Translations under genes and position numbers: made by a program
Shown: positions 9,030 to 19,002 of the stretch, in pieces
Layout: each line of letters begins with the position of its first letter
How positions within the stretch are numbered: the stretch's first letter is position 1
Origin: Planctomycetales bacterium
GTDB taxonomy: Bacteria > 4484-113
DNA: 64,000 nt
Assembly (NCBI GenBank): GCA_037441675.1
Contig: JBBIRS010000009.1
Location: 19,644-83,643, forward strand
Direction: 5' to 3'
The notes under the pieces: model-generated
The model's database searches: none
Told to the model about the DNA's origin: nothing
The model's input: the letters and a program-made list of their open reading frames with translations, nothing else

Positions 9030-11912
9030 TCAACTCCGGGAAGCTGTTACTATCTCGTGGAAACGACTTGATGAATGTAACTTCTCAAACTCTGGAGCGC
9101 GAGCAATTACTTCACGAAGCTCAGGCTTCAGAGTAACCGTCCTCTCAATATACTCTAAGCTCTTTTCCGGTTCTCTCTGTCTCAAATATAGATCAGCAAT
9201 ACCTAGAAGAAGGTCGGTGCTTTCGGGAAATCTCTCAATTGCGGTCTTGAAAGTTTCAAAAGCTTTTTCGTACTCTTTAAGGTCAATTAAGGCGCGGGCT
9301 TTGTTGAAATAAGGTGGCTCGTAGTCAGGATCTAGTCTGATTACAGCGTCAAAGTGCTCAACCGCCTTGGCAAACTGTTCTAACTGAGCAAGAACAACCC
9401 CTTTGTTAAGGTAAGCCTTCTTGTGGTTTGGGTCGCGCTTGATACACTGCTCAAAGGAGTCGAGGCATTTTAGGTGTTCGCCCATTCCCTCCACCGCTAT
9501 TCCTTTCTGATACCATACCTCCGCTAGAGATGTAGTTATCCTAAAAATCCTCTCAATTGTTTCGTTTGCTTCCTTAAACCTTTTAAGAAAGTTAAGCGCG
9601 GTTGCCATTCTAAGAAGCACGTCCACGTTTTGTGGCTCACTTTCCAGAGCATGTTTATAGGCTTCAACAGATTCTGACCAATCGTCAAGCTCATCCAACG
9701 CTAAACCTAACTGATACCATGCTTTTGCATCCTCCGGATTTATCTCTAGGTACTTTTTAGTCCATTCTACTTTACCCTTGAAGTCAGCAAGCTCACCGAG
9801 AAGTAGAGCTTTGCGATACCAGACCATATCAAAATTCGGATTAAGGCGAATGCTCTCATCAAAGGCGCTTAACGCCTCATCTTTTCTTCCCATCGCCCAG
9901 AGGACTGACGCCTTGTTGTACCAAACTCTTGCATCGTTGGGCTCTTTTTCAATATACCTTTCCAGGTATTCTAATGCTCGCTCATTTTGCCCAAGACCAT
10001 GCAGGCACACCGCGTAGTTATTCCACGATTCTATATCATCAGGGAACACTTCAAGGAAGTACTCGTAAGTCTCCCTAGATTGCTCGTACATTCTAGTCAT
10101 TACTTCAGCAACACCGCGATTCTTAAAGGCGAAATCATCCTCCTCGTTAAGTTCAATTGCGCGATTGAAAAAGTCAATGGCACGATAGTCCTGGCCCATC
10201 TTTCCTAGGAGAATACCGCTGTTGTACCAAGGCTTAAAGAACCTAGGCGCTATCTCTCTAGCATTGGTAAAGCATCTTTGAGCTTGAATTTTCCTGCCTG
10301 CTTCGTATAGCGCAACTCCTAAGTTATACCAGGCAAGCTCGTTGGAGTTATTAATGGAAAGCGCCCTCTCAAGAGAGCTAATCTCTTCATCAACCTTGCC
10401 AAGCAGATGGCATGCCACGGAACGGTTATACCAAACTGAATCTAAATCGGACTTGGCCTGGAGCACCTTGTCGTACTCTTCAATCTCTTGTTCCCAATTC
10501 TCACTTTCTCTTCTTATTAGAGCTAAGATGTAATGACAAGCAAAACTGTCCTCACGTAGACGCAATGCACCGTTTAAGTATTGTTCCGCTTCTTGAAAAC
10601 GTCCTTGTTGGAAGTAGCACCATCCTAATCCCAAATGGGCGTGATAATTTTCTGGGAAGAACTTTAAGATTTCCTTAAACTTCCTCTCCGCATCTTCGTA
10701 ATATCCATGCTTTAAGTCGTGAAAAGTGTGATTAACAAGTTTTCTCTCCGCATCCTTTGCGGCTTTCTCCTTGTCCTCCTTTTTCTTAAATATTCCACGA
10801 GTCTCACGGTTCCACTGGTCAATAATCGCATCGTAACTAGCAACTAAAAAGCCCTCATCCAGGACATCCCTCTCCACTAAATCTTTGAGCTCGGGGGTCA
10901 CTGGTCCTTCCCTTCGCCTTATCTCGCCATAGGGAACAATGTTGAACCTCTGGAAAGACATTGATAACTCTTCCTCAATGGAGGGGAAGTTCAAATCTTC
11001 CGCTAACTGCTCAAAGAGTAGGTCGCTTTCCTCAATTTCAAATAACTTAAACGGTTTATTTCGTTCAACTCCTACTGCCAATAGATCAGTTACCGCCTCA
11101 GGAACTTGCTTAATATTTCCCTTGTAAATCCAGAGCAAGCCCTTATTGAGAACATCATCGTAATCGTAGGCTAATTCCATAAGCGTGTTCATCACGCTGT
11201 ACTCAGTTCCGCTGTAACCAATCACGCAAAGACCGCTGTTTGCCAGTGAATTGCGCAGGAACGCTTTTAGGTCATCGTGATGCTTAGCCATACCCTCGCG
11301 TATGTACCGAACGTCATACCTATCCCAGTCACCGTGGATCTTGATTACGTATCGCCCCGTGCCAAGTTTTACAAACTTAAGGTCATCAATGTTCTTGATT
11401 GAGATGCAGTTTGTGCCCCTAAGAATATAGTATGCATCTTCAACTAAATTGTCCCAGTTGGTTGTATAGCAGATTGGATGGAAATGCCCATACTTGACGC
11501 CAATAACGTAATACAAATGGCTTGGGGAAGGTTGTTTGCCCTTCAGAAGTCCTTTGAAAAACTCGCTTCTTAGGATAACTGAAGGGTATTCCTTCTCAAG
11601 CGCGCTAATATACTTGAAGTTAGGATTGAACCATTTCTGGCGTGAGACCCATTCCCTCAAATCATCGGCGGTGACCTGACCCCTTTTCGCTGGATTACTT
11701 TTCTCGTAAACCTTCACGATGATGTAGTCAACTATTTCTTGGGCTAATGGCACACCAGCAGACGCGGAAACGCCAGCTCCAAAAAAAATTTGGAATTCCT
11801 TGGCAGATCTCTTCAATAGCTCATATCCCTCTTCAAAAGGGATGATGCACTCATTCAAGACTTCCCGTCTGTCCCGCTGTTCAACCGCCTTGATTCTTCT
11901 ACGGATTGACAT
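9030..11912 (-). CDS. SIR2-like (SIR2_2-type) domain fused to about 16 TPR repeats
   Basis: FFGAGVSASAGVP, YTTNWD, IKIHGD and VIGYSG in the first ~310 aa; contiguous 34-aa TPR units from ~aa 390 to the C-terminus. Confidence 0.88.
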   Translation of the reverse strand: MSIRRRIKAVEQRDRREVLNECIIPFEEGYELLKRSAKEFQIFFGAGVSASAGVPLAQEIVDYIIVKVYEKSNPAKRGQVTADDLREWVSRQKWFNPNFKYISALEKEYPSVILRSEFFKGLLKGKQPSPSHLYYVIGVKYGHFHPICYTTNWDNLVEDAYYILRGTNCISIKNIDDLKFVKLGTGRYVIKIHGDWDRYDVRYIREGMAKHHDDLKAFLRNSLANSGLCVIGYSGTEYSVMNTLMELAYDYDDVLNKGLLWIYKGNIKQVPEAVTDLLAVGVERNKPFKLFEIEESDLLFEQLAEDLNFPSIEEELSMSFQRFNIVPYGEIRRREGPVTPELKDLVERDVLDEGFLVASYDAIIDQWNRETRGIFKKKEDKEKAAKDAERKLVNHTFHDLKHGYYEDAERKFKEILKFFPENYHAHLGLGWCYFQQGRFQEAEQYLNGALRLREDSFACHYILALIRRESENWEQEIEEYDKVLQAKSDLDSVWYNRSVACHLLGKVDEEISSLERALSINNSNELAWYNLGVALYEAGRKIQAQRCFTNAREIAPRFFKPWYNSGILLGKMGQDYRAIDFFNRAIELNEEDDFAFKNRGVAEVMTRMYEQSRETYEYFLEVFPDDIESWNNYAVCLHGLGQNERALEYLERYIEKEPNDARVWYNKASVLWAMGRKDEALSAFDESIRLNPNFDMVWYRKALLLGELADFKGKVEWTKKYLEINPEDAKAWYQLGLALDELDDWSESVEAYKHALESEPQNVDVLLRMATALNFLKRFKEANETIERIFRITTSLAEVWYQKGIAVEGMGEHLKCLDSFEQCIKRDPNHKKAYLNKGVVLAQLEQFAKAVEHFDAVIRLDPDYEPPYFNKARALIDLKEYEKAFETFKTAIERFPESTDLLLGIADLYLRQREPEKSLEYIERTVTLKPELREVIARAPEFEKLHSSSRFHEIVTASRS

Positions 11913-12146
11913 ATCTTTTTTGTCTCCCGAGGTAAATCTTTACTGACTTTGAATTATACACATTTATTATCCTTTATAGCAACATTTACATAAGATTGCC
12001 TGAGCAATGGCTAAACCTTCTAGGAGACTTCGAATAGCAGAGAAGAGCAATGGTAAGGTAAGGTGTGAATTCCCAATTGTCGCTATCAAAACTCAACTTA
12101 TGAAGATTTGCCTAAGTTGAGACTAGCTAAAAGCCCCAAAGGAGTG

Positions 12147-12175
12147 TTGACTTGAGTTGCTTACTCCCTTATACT
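12147..12175 (+). promoter_or_regulatory. Sigma70-type promoter for the O-antigen ligase/polymerase-like gene
   Basis: TTGACT-17 nt-TATACT. Confidence 0.6.
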
Positions 12176-12273
12176 TCCAGGAGCGGGGTGAATCAACGGA
12201 TTGAACCACAGGCTCGTGCTGTTGGTAGTAATTTCCAAATTTTCCCCCGCGTAGGTTCCCAAAGGGAGGTCTT

Positions 12274-13557
12274 TTGAACACGCTCTCAGAGTCTTCTCTT
12301 TCTAGGAAAAGTGGTACTCATTCAGCGGGTAACACGCTAGCTTGTGTCTTCGTAATTTCAACACTAATTGCCTTCTATATAGAAGGTCCATTTGTTGTAA
12401 GAATAGCTAACCAATTTGCTCTTACCCCATTTGACATCCTTATGCCGATTCTATTTATTTTGTGGGTTTGGTATGCCAGCACCCACAAACTAAAATTCTC
12501 AAAAAGCTTCATACTCATTCTTTCTGTATTTCTCATCTTTTGCGCGCTGATTGCGCTTGGTTTCTTCCGTTCACCTCAGCCAGTTAGGGGATTTACCGAG
12601 TTTCTACTCATGATGAGGAACCTGTTATTGTTCCTGATGATTGGAAGTTTGATTAGAGAGATAAGGGATATGGAGTCCCTTAACAGGAGTATTTTTTATC
12701 TTGGAGTCTTCTTTGCGATTTTAGCACTTTTTATTTACCGACTTACGCTAGCGGAGTTCCAGCATTTTGCCATAAGTGCTGACACTGAATTCCAAAGCGC
12801 CTTTTATTGGATGAATCCGGGAGACTTAAGGCGGGTTTCAGGTTTCGCTGGAGATCCTGTTCGGTATGCTGCAATCAGCATAATTCCCCTCTTCTGTGGA
12901 TTGAGTCTAAAAAGAATCAAGCCTTGGGCGAAATATCTAGGCATTCTTATTATAACTGTCAGTTTATTTCTAACTCTTACCAGGGGTTTTTATGTCGCAT
13001 TCCTATTAGGAACGCTAGCAATTTTACTTTTACATCGGAGAACTTTAAGCCACCTGCGATACCTGAAGCCCCTCATAATGATAACGCCTGTCATCATTCT
13101 TGTTGGGGTATTGCCTTTGATAATGTCCAAATCTCCGCTTTCGGTAATACAAGCTAGATTTGAGCGATATACAGAAGACCCACGCCATCGCGCTTGGGGA
13201 ACCGCAATGAGCTCTCTTAGCAACCCCATTATAGGAGATGGCTTGCGAGCCCATGAGGAAAGATTAATTGGCTTAGAGGGGATTTCTATATGGTTAGACA
13301 ACACATATCTTCTGGTAATTATTGAGACAGGATTCCTGGGTCTTTCAGTGTTTTTGTTTCTCTTAGCTCTAATCATAATCAAAGGGTTGTTCTACAATTT
13401 ACCTGAAGAGATCCTGCCATTCACCCATGCCCTAACAACCTTTACCATTATGCAGATCTTCTACTCCTATTCGTATACGCCATATCTGTGGTTAATGGCG
13501 TCAGTCATAAGTGGTAGTGAAGCAAGACTTGCAATGGAGAATCGCAAAAATAATTGA
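12274..13557 (+). CDS. O-antigen ligase/polymerase (Wzy_C/WaaL-like) membrane protein
   Basis: About 11-12 TMs; R.SG...DP, LTLTRG, R...W.....NPIIG.G and DNTYL..IIETG.LG motifs. Confidence 0.8.
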   Translation: MNTLSESSLSRKSGTHSAGNTLACVFVISTLIAFYIEGPFVVRIANQFALTPFDILMPILFILWVWYASTHKLKFSKSFILILSVFLIFCALIALGFFRSPQPVRGFTEFLLMMRNLLLFLMIGSLIREIRDMESLNRSIFYLGVFFAILALFIYRLTLAEFQHFAISADTEFQSAFYWMNPGDLRRVSGFAGDPVRYAAISIIPLFCGLSLKRIKPWAKYLGILIITVSLFLTLTRGFYVAFLLGTLAILLLHRRTLSHLRYLKPLIMITPVIILVGVLPLIMSKSPLSVIQARFERYTEDPRHRAWGTAMSSLSNPIIGDGLRAHEERLIGLEGISIWLDNTYLLVIIETGFLGLSVFLFLLALIIIKGLFYNLPEEILPFTHALTTFTIMQIFYSYSYTPYLWLMASVISGSEARLAMENRKNN

Positions 13558-13564
13558 GGAGAAC

Positions 13565-15913
13565 TTAACTTATAAAGACAACGCCCAATACGTCAACTCC
13601 ATACTGCCTGCAGAGATTAGTGATTTTCGTCAATGAATCAAGAGTGCTTGCATCTCTTTGAAAACCGAGAACTACACTCCCAACAGCTTCTGCGGAGACC
13701 AAACGGTAACTTTCTAGAGTAATTGGGGCGAGCTTGACGATAACCCACTCAAATTGGTTTGTAAAATGAGCGAGAATTTGCCTAAATTCGCCTTTAAGAA
13801 AGAGAATTCCAGGCTCCACCGAACCCACTCCCCTTTCAATTACCCAAAGATTTGACTTTAGAAGACTTGGGGCAATTTCATCCAATCTATCTCTAGCTTC
13901 TAGGATTTCGGCGAGCCCAGGAGTAGTGGCAGAAGGTTTCTGAGAAAAATCGCAGTCCAAGAGGAGAGTTCGCAGACCTTTAGAAGCGAGAAACTCGCAA
14001 AAGCCAAGCGCTAATGGGGGTTGAGGACTTACAGAGTCATCAAAGCTAAAGGCTAGCAATTTCGGGCTATCACCTCTGAGCTCAACGAGAGCCCTTATAG
14101 ACTTATATACATTCTCAGCACCGAGCAAATCAGCCCGGCCAGGTTCATAGCCACGTCCAAAGCTAATCTCGCCAAGTACCCTTAAACCCATTTGCTCAAT
14201 CTGGCTTACCCATAGTAACTTTCTAGTAGATAAGGAATAAAGAAATGTAACAATTACACCAAATAACAATCCGATGAACGCCCCGCCGGCTAAATACAAG
14301 GGGTAATTGGGTTTAACAGGCATCCAAGGTTCGCTTGGCGGGTCAAGGATTTCCGCATCACTTACAATGCTATTAAGCACGATATTCGCCTCCGCCTCCC
14401 TCTTCTTTAGGTATGCGAAAGTCTCCTGGTTTGCTGAAACTTCAAGAGTAAGCTGAGCTAGCTCTGACTCCAGACGAGGCAAGCGGAGGAGTTCATCCTT
14501 TAGTTCGCTGATTTTAGCGTCAAGTTCCGAGAGCTTTTTTCCCGTTCTTTGATAATCGGACTTTAGGACTGTAATCGCCTGTTTGCTTAACGTGTCAATC
14601 TGCTCATTTAACTGCACTATATCGGGATGAGTAGGCTTTTTATAAAGAAGTTGAGCCTCTCTGCTCTGGATAAGCTGGGCAAGTTTCCCGAGAATTCCAG
14701 TCCCCTCAACCTCTACCGTCTGTGGTAACGCAAGGAACCTTGCAGAGTACTCTGGCTTGCCTTTCTCCAGTCCGCTTAGAACGAATTTAATCGTCTTTGA
14801 ATAAATCTCGGAACTATTCCTGCTAGCTTCCATACTGGTTAACTGCTCCATTATGGCTTGAGCTTCAGCTCCTAGATCAAAAACTCCGAACCGTTCCTGA
14901 AATTCATCAACCTTTCTCTGCGATGCCTCTAGTTTAGCCTCAACATCTCGTGTTTCGTCTCTTATAAAGTTCAACGCTTGCTGGGTATCCCTGGCTTTAA
15001 GCTCTCTATTCAAGCTCTGGTAAATTTCTAACAACTTGCCAAGCAGGCTTTCTGCAAGTGTTGGATTCCTGTGGCGCAAAGAGACTAGAATATGATTCGC
15101 ATCAAGCGCAGCTCGGTGAACTCGGAGGTTTTTCGCAACCAAGTCCGTCTCTCTATCTTTATTAAATATTTTTATCTTAAATCTATCTCCGATTTCCGCC
15201 GCTGGGGATTTTTGGAAAATAATCTTTGCCCTGCCTAGGTCAATCATTGATCCAAATTTTCCCTCCAGCTCAGTCTCTAGACTGTCTCCAGTAATTCTGA
15301 ATCTATCTTCACCTACGATTTGCATTTGATACTTTATGGTTTCACTGTAAGGGATTGAAGCAACTTGAGCGTAGGAAACACGAACTTTGTTGAGCAAATC
15401 GCTCCTTTCGTACTCTTTTTTTGATGGCAAAAAGAATGACTTGAGAAGTGTGAGCACTTTTCTTGGGAAAGTAAGAATCCTTCCTGTAATTGACACCGGA
15501 TTATCCAAATCTTCTATTTGAACCTGCAGGTATCCGCTCTCAACAAGCTTTGTGACGAGGGTTCTGCTTCTTAGGAACTCAATTTGGCTTCCTACTTCGC
15601 TATATCCAAACATCCGTTGAAGAATAGGGACTTGCCCAATAGCGAGCCTTGATTCTTCTACATTCTCCGGCTGCACAATGAGCCTCGCGGAAGATTCATA
15701 AACTGGTGGAACGATAAGTGTATAAAGCAAAACCAAGAGAAAGAATGGTATTGCGATTCTGTAGATGTATCGTTTTCGTTGTTTAAGTAGAGCGATAAAA
15801 TTCAAAAAATTCCAGCCATCATCTGACTCGGTGGAGTATAAGGAGAAATCTTTTTCCACCTGGGAGTTTTTTCTATTTACACTACTTGCAGGAGCTTTCT
15901 TTTCACTATCCAT
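13565..15913 (-). CDS. Wzc/GumC-type polysaccharide co-polymerase with degenerate tyrosine-kinase domain
   Basis: N-terminal TM plus PPVYESSA, coiled periplasmic domain (HPDIVQLNEQI), ILDPP..P..PVKP before the second TM. Cytoplasmic domain keeps LLLDCD but has no Walker A and no Tyr tail. Confidence 0.85.
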   Translation of the reverse strand: MDSEKKAPASSVNRKNSQVEKDFSLYSTESDDGWNFLNFIALLKQRKRYIYRIAIPFFLLVLLYTLIVPPVYESSARLIVQPENVEESRLAIGQVPILQRMFGYSEVGSQIEFLRSRTLVTKLVESGYLQVQIEDLDNPVSITGRILTFPRKVLTLLKSFFLPSKKEYERSDLLNKVRVSYAQVASIPYSETIKYQMQIVGEDRFRITGDSLETELEGKFGSMIDLGRAKIIFQKSPAAEIGDRFKIKIFNKDRETDLVAKNLRVHRAALDANHILVSLRHRNPTLAESLLGKLLEIYQSLNRELKARDTQQALNFIRDETRDVEAKLEASQRKVDEFQERFGVFDLGAEAQAIMEQLTSMEASRNSSEIYSKTIKFVLSGLEKGKPEYSARFLALPQTVEVEGTGILGKLAQLIQSREAQLLYKKPTHPDIVQLNEQIDTLSKQAITVLKSDYQRTGKKLSELDAKISELKDELLRLPRLESELAQLTLEVSANQETFAYLKKREAEANIVLNSIVSDAEILDPPSEPWMPVKPNYPLYLAGGAFIGLLFGVIVTFLYSLSTRKLLWVSQIEQMGLRVLGEISFGRGYEPGRADLLGAENVYKSIRALVELRGDSPKLLAFSFDDSVSPQPPLALGFCEFLASKGLRTLLLDCDFSQKPSATTPGLAEILEARDRLDEIAPSLLKSNLWVIERGVGSVEPGILFLKGEFRQILAHFTNQFEWVIVKLAPITLESYRLVSAEAVGSVVLGFQRDASTLDSLTKITNLCRQYGVDVLGVVFIS

Positions 15914-16375
15914 AGAATTAAAATTTTTAACTTTAGCAGAACACTAACTGGGTCGGTTTGGTGTAACTTGCGAATTTCCTTTCCTCTAACGCGCCAAAGT
16001 ATATCATACAATCAAGCTGAAAGTGTTTAAAAAAAATTCTCTTTGATGACTTCTTTTTTTGAATTTCGATTCTATTTTTAATATGACCAATTAAGCCCGC
16101 TTGAACTTTGAAGTCTACAGATTATCCAGTGGAAAACATTTAGAGAATTTCCATGAAGATTTATAAGTCAGATTGAAGCGAGATCAACTGAATCCTACTC
16201 AACTGCGTCCATTCTTGAATTCAAATCAAAAATTAATTATCTTACCTATAGTTGTTAAAATCTAGTGAAGCTTGCCCTATCAAGGCAAAACCTTAAACTC
16301 ACTATTAAGGATTGCTAATAAAGAAGAATTATGTTATAAGAAATAGTTTATTTAATAAAAATGGAGTGACAACTT

Positions 16376-16744
16376 GTGAATAACGCGCAAAATAAGCATT
16401 ATGAAGCAATGGTAGTGATAAATCCCGATTTGACTGAAGAGGAGTGCGATGAATTATTAACAAGCCTCCACCAAAATATTGAAAACGCTGGTGGCAGAGT
16501 TTTAAGTAGCGCACGTTGGCGCAAGAGAAGGCTCGCATATCCTATCAAGAAGTTCAATGAAGGATACTATGGAATATTTGAATTTTTAACTAACAAGAGC
16601 TTGCTTTCAGAGTTTGACTATCTTTTAAGGTATAACAGCAATATTCTTAGGTATCTGATAATCGGGGTTGATGAGCGTAAAAGAATTAAAGCAAACAACA
16701 GAGGTAGCAGGGAAAAGAAGATGAAGGAGGACGTAGCAGTATGA
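16376..16744 (+). CDS. rpsF: 30S ribosomal protein S6
   Basis: [35 protein letters not shown]. Confidence 0.97.
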   Translation: MNNAQNKHYEAMVVINPDLTEEECDELLTSLHQNIENAGGRVLSSARWRKRRLAYPIKKFNEGYYGIFEFLTNKSLLSEFDYLLRYNSNILRYLIIGVDERKRIKANNRGSREKKMKEDVAV

Positions 16745-16974
16745 ACAGATTGCCAATACGCGGAACAAGGCGAGTAAAAGTATGTGCCTTTTGTGCCCAG
16801 CCTAATTTACCCCTTGATTACAAGGCGGTGGCTCTTATCTCAAAGTTTTTAACTGAGAGAGGCAAGATAGTTCCCAGAAGGCGTTCTGGGCTATGCGCAA
16901 TTCATCAGAGAAGGCTCGCCAGAGAGATTAAGCTGGCGCGCTTTATGGCTCTTCTGCCCTTCTCAAAGCGTTAG
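16741..16974 (+). CDS. rpsR: 30S ribosomal protein S18 (Zn-binding form)
   Basis: [37 protein letters not shown]. Confidence 0.97.
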   Translation: MNRLPIRGTRRVKVCAFCAQPNLPLDYKAVALISKFLTERGKIVPRRRSGLCAIHQRRLAREIKLARFMALLPFSKR

Positions 16975-16986
16975 GAGGATAAAACT

Positions 16987-17601
16987 GTGCAGATTATTCT
17001 TTTAGATGACGTTCCAGGTCTTGGGCTTGCGGGAGAAATTGTCAAGGTGAAAGACGGGTATGCCCGCAATTATCTTCTTCCACAAGGTTTAGCTGAAAAA
17101 CTGACTGCAGCTGTCTTTAATCGCATTGAACAGATCAAAAGAGTGGGAGAGGCAAGAAGAATTAAGCGCATTGAGGATGCCAAGGATAAAATCAAAGCCC
17201 TAGACGGAAAGAAACTTCTTATACCTATGAAGGCAGGCGCGGAGAATAAGCTCTTTGGTGCGGTCACAACTATTCTCATATCAGAAAGGATACGTGAAGA
17301 GTTTGGATTTGAGTTGGATAGGAGGTTCATCCTTCTTTCTGAGCCGATTAAGTACCTCGGAGAATTTCAAGTGCCTTTAAGAGCTAGTGATGAGGCTATT
17401 GGAAAGCTTACACTTCTTGTCGTAGATGAAGCTATATTCCTTGCCCAAGGAGCTGAGGCAGCACTTGCGCAAATCCGTGGTGAGGAAATTCCGATTGGTA
17501 AAGGCATAACTGAAGCCAAAGATGAAACCACTGAATCCGATGCGGCTGAGAGAGAAGTTTCATCAGCTCTTGAAACTGCCTCAGCTGATGAAACTGCCTA
17601 A
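16987..17601 (+). CDS. rplI: 50S ribosomal protein L9 with acidic C-terminal extension
   Basis: VKVKDGYARNYLLPQGLA, KLFGAVT, PIKYLG. Confidence 0.96.
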   Translation: MQIILLDDVPGLGLAGEIVKVKDGYARNYLLPQGLAEKLTAAVFNRIEQIKRVGEARRIKRIEDAKDKIKALDGKKLLIPMKAGAENKLFGAVTTILISERIREEFGFELDRRFILLSEPIKYLGEFQVPLRASDEAIGKLTLLVVDEAIFLAQGAEAALAQIRGEEIPIGKGITEAKDETTESDAAEREVSSALETASADETA

Positions 17602-17686
17602 ACTTTACACTTTCCTGTATCAAGCCCCACGCGTGAATTTCATTCAAACTCATTTAGATTTTCCTTCTGATGTTAAAAGCTCTTCC

Positions 17687-18958
17687 TTAATCAGCATTGT
17701 TACTTGAGCGTTTCTTTACACCCTCGGCGAGATTTCTTATTAGCTCCTCAGAGAATTCCGCATGGAACCTCTTAGGTATAACCACTTTCAACTCGGGGGT
17801 TATCTGCTCAATGGTAACTCTCTCTGCGGTCAAATGAAAGTTTTCTCCAATAATATCAGCATTACCAACCAACTGAACAGGTCCCTGTAGCCCGGCGGAT
17901 TCTACTCTATCTGCAGAAAAATCCATCCTCCCCCCCTTTTGGTCCACAAAGTAACCCTTAACTGGCTTTATGCCATTTCCAGTCATTATGAGGCTATCAA
18001 GCGCCAAATCTCTTGTTTCGGCTGAAGCGTTAGTATGTGGAATACTCAATCTTGCAGTTAGCTTGAATGCGGATAACTCTAGAAAGACGTGGGAAACTCT
18101 TACATCAGTTAGGTTCAGCTCAAGAGCGTTTATCCCATCTCCCAATTCCAATTTACCACTGAGGACGTTACAAAAAAGTTCCACCTTACTTTTCTTTGTA
18201 TTCTCACTTGTGGTATAGGCGCTAGCAGAATCCGTTGTTCCATAAATGTTGTCGCTAGTAAAGTTTACATTGGTATTCTCTATCAAAGGCATCAGAGCAA
18301 AATCTTTGGGGACTCCCAAAAGCTCCTCCGCAAACTCTAGAGATACATTATTTTCTGCGAGAAATGTATTCTCCTGGAATTTGTACTCGAAGTAGCCAGC
18401 ACTAAGTTTGTTTTTTTCCTCCCAGGTGACCTCTACGTTTCCCAAGAGAACAGCCTTGTACGGTTCACGGGTGTCCTTGAGGTAGTAAAGTGTTGCACTT
18501 GAGCCTTTCGCTTCAATGCCGCGTAATTTGGAAGAAAAAGTGAACTCTTCGGGAATTATAATTTCACCTGAATGACCATCAAGAATTGCCCTTTGACATC
18601 TGAGGATTCCCTCGTTACTTGAGAGCATTACTCCACCCTGAAGTTCCGCTAGTTCTTCTTCTGTATCAACTTTCGCGTTATCTACGGTGAGTTCAACACC
18701 AGAGTACTCAAGGATAGCATCCTTCAATAGTAGAATCTTCCGCATACCCTCAATGATAATTTCGGCACTACTGCTACGCTTAATGAGAAGAAAACTGTCG
18801 CCCAGAGATGAAGATTGCGCCAAGGAAGGATCGCCATCAAGGCACAAGAAAAGAATGAGAAGTATAACGGCTGCCTTTTTCCCCATAAACGAGAAACCTC
18901 GCGCAAGAGAGACTGACACGGAGAAGATAAGAGATGTATTAGCACAATGTTTCTTCAA
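17687..18958 (-). CDS. Exported beta-strand-rich protein, LptA/OstA-like beta-jellyroll (start probably at MGKKA...)
   Basis: Signal peptide; repeated L.GNV.V / L.AD.V / A.L.GGV patterns typical of OstA/LptA domains. Confidence 0.5.
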   Translation of the reverse strand: MKKHCANTSLIFSVSVSLARGFSFMGKKAAVILLILFLCLDGDPSLAQSSSLGDSFLLIKRSSSAEIIIEGMRKILLLKDAILEYSGVELTVDNAKVDTEEELAELQGGVMLSSNEGILRCQRAILDGHSGEIIIPEEFTFSSKLRGIEAKGSSATLYYLKDTREPYKAVLLGNVEVTWEEKNKLSAGYFEYKFQENTFLAENNVSLEFAEELLGVPKDFALMPLIENTNVNFTSDNIYGTTDSASAYTTSENTKKSKVELFCNVLSGKLELGDGINALELNLTDVRVSHVFLELSAFKLTARLSIPHTNASAETRDLALDSLIMTGNGIKPVKGYFVDQKGGRMDFSADRVESAGLQGPVQLVGNADIIGENFHLTAERVTIEQITPELKVVIPKRFHAEFSEELIRNLAEGVKKRSSNNAD

Positions 18959-19002
18959 CTTGGAAACTTCCAGGCATTATAATTTTATCGCATAAAAGTA
19001 AG

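Noticed and set aside
11781..11788. T8 tract (coding strand) just before the SIR2 GAGVS motif as a phase-variation switch
   Set aside because: Explained by Ile-Phe-Phe codons; A/T runs of this length are common in this sequence.
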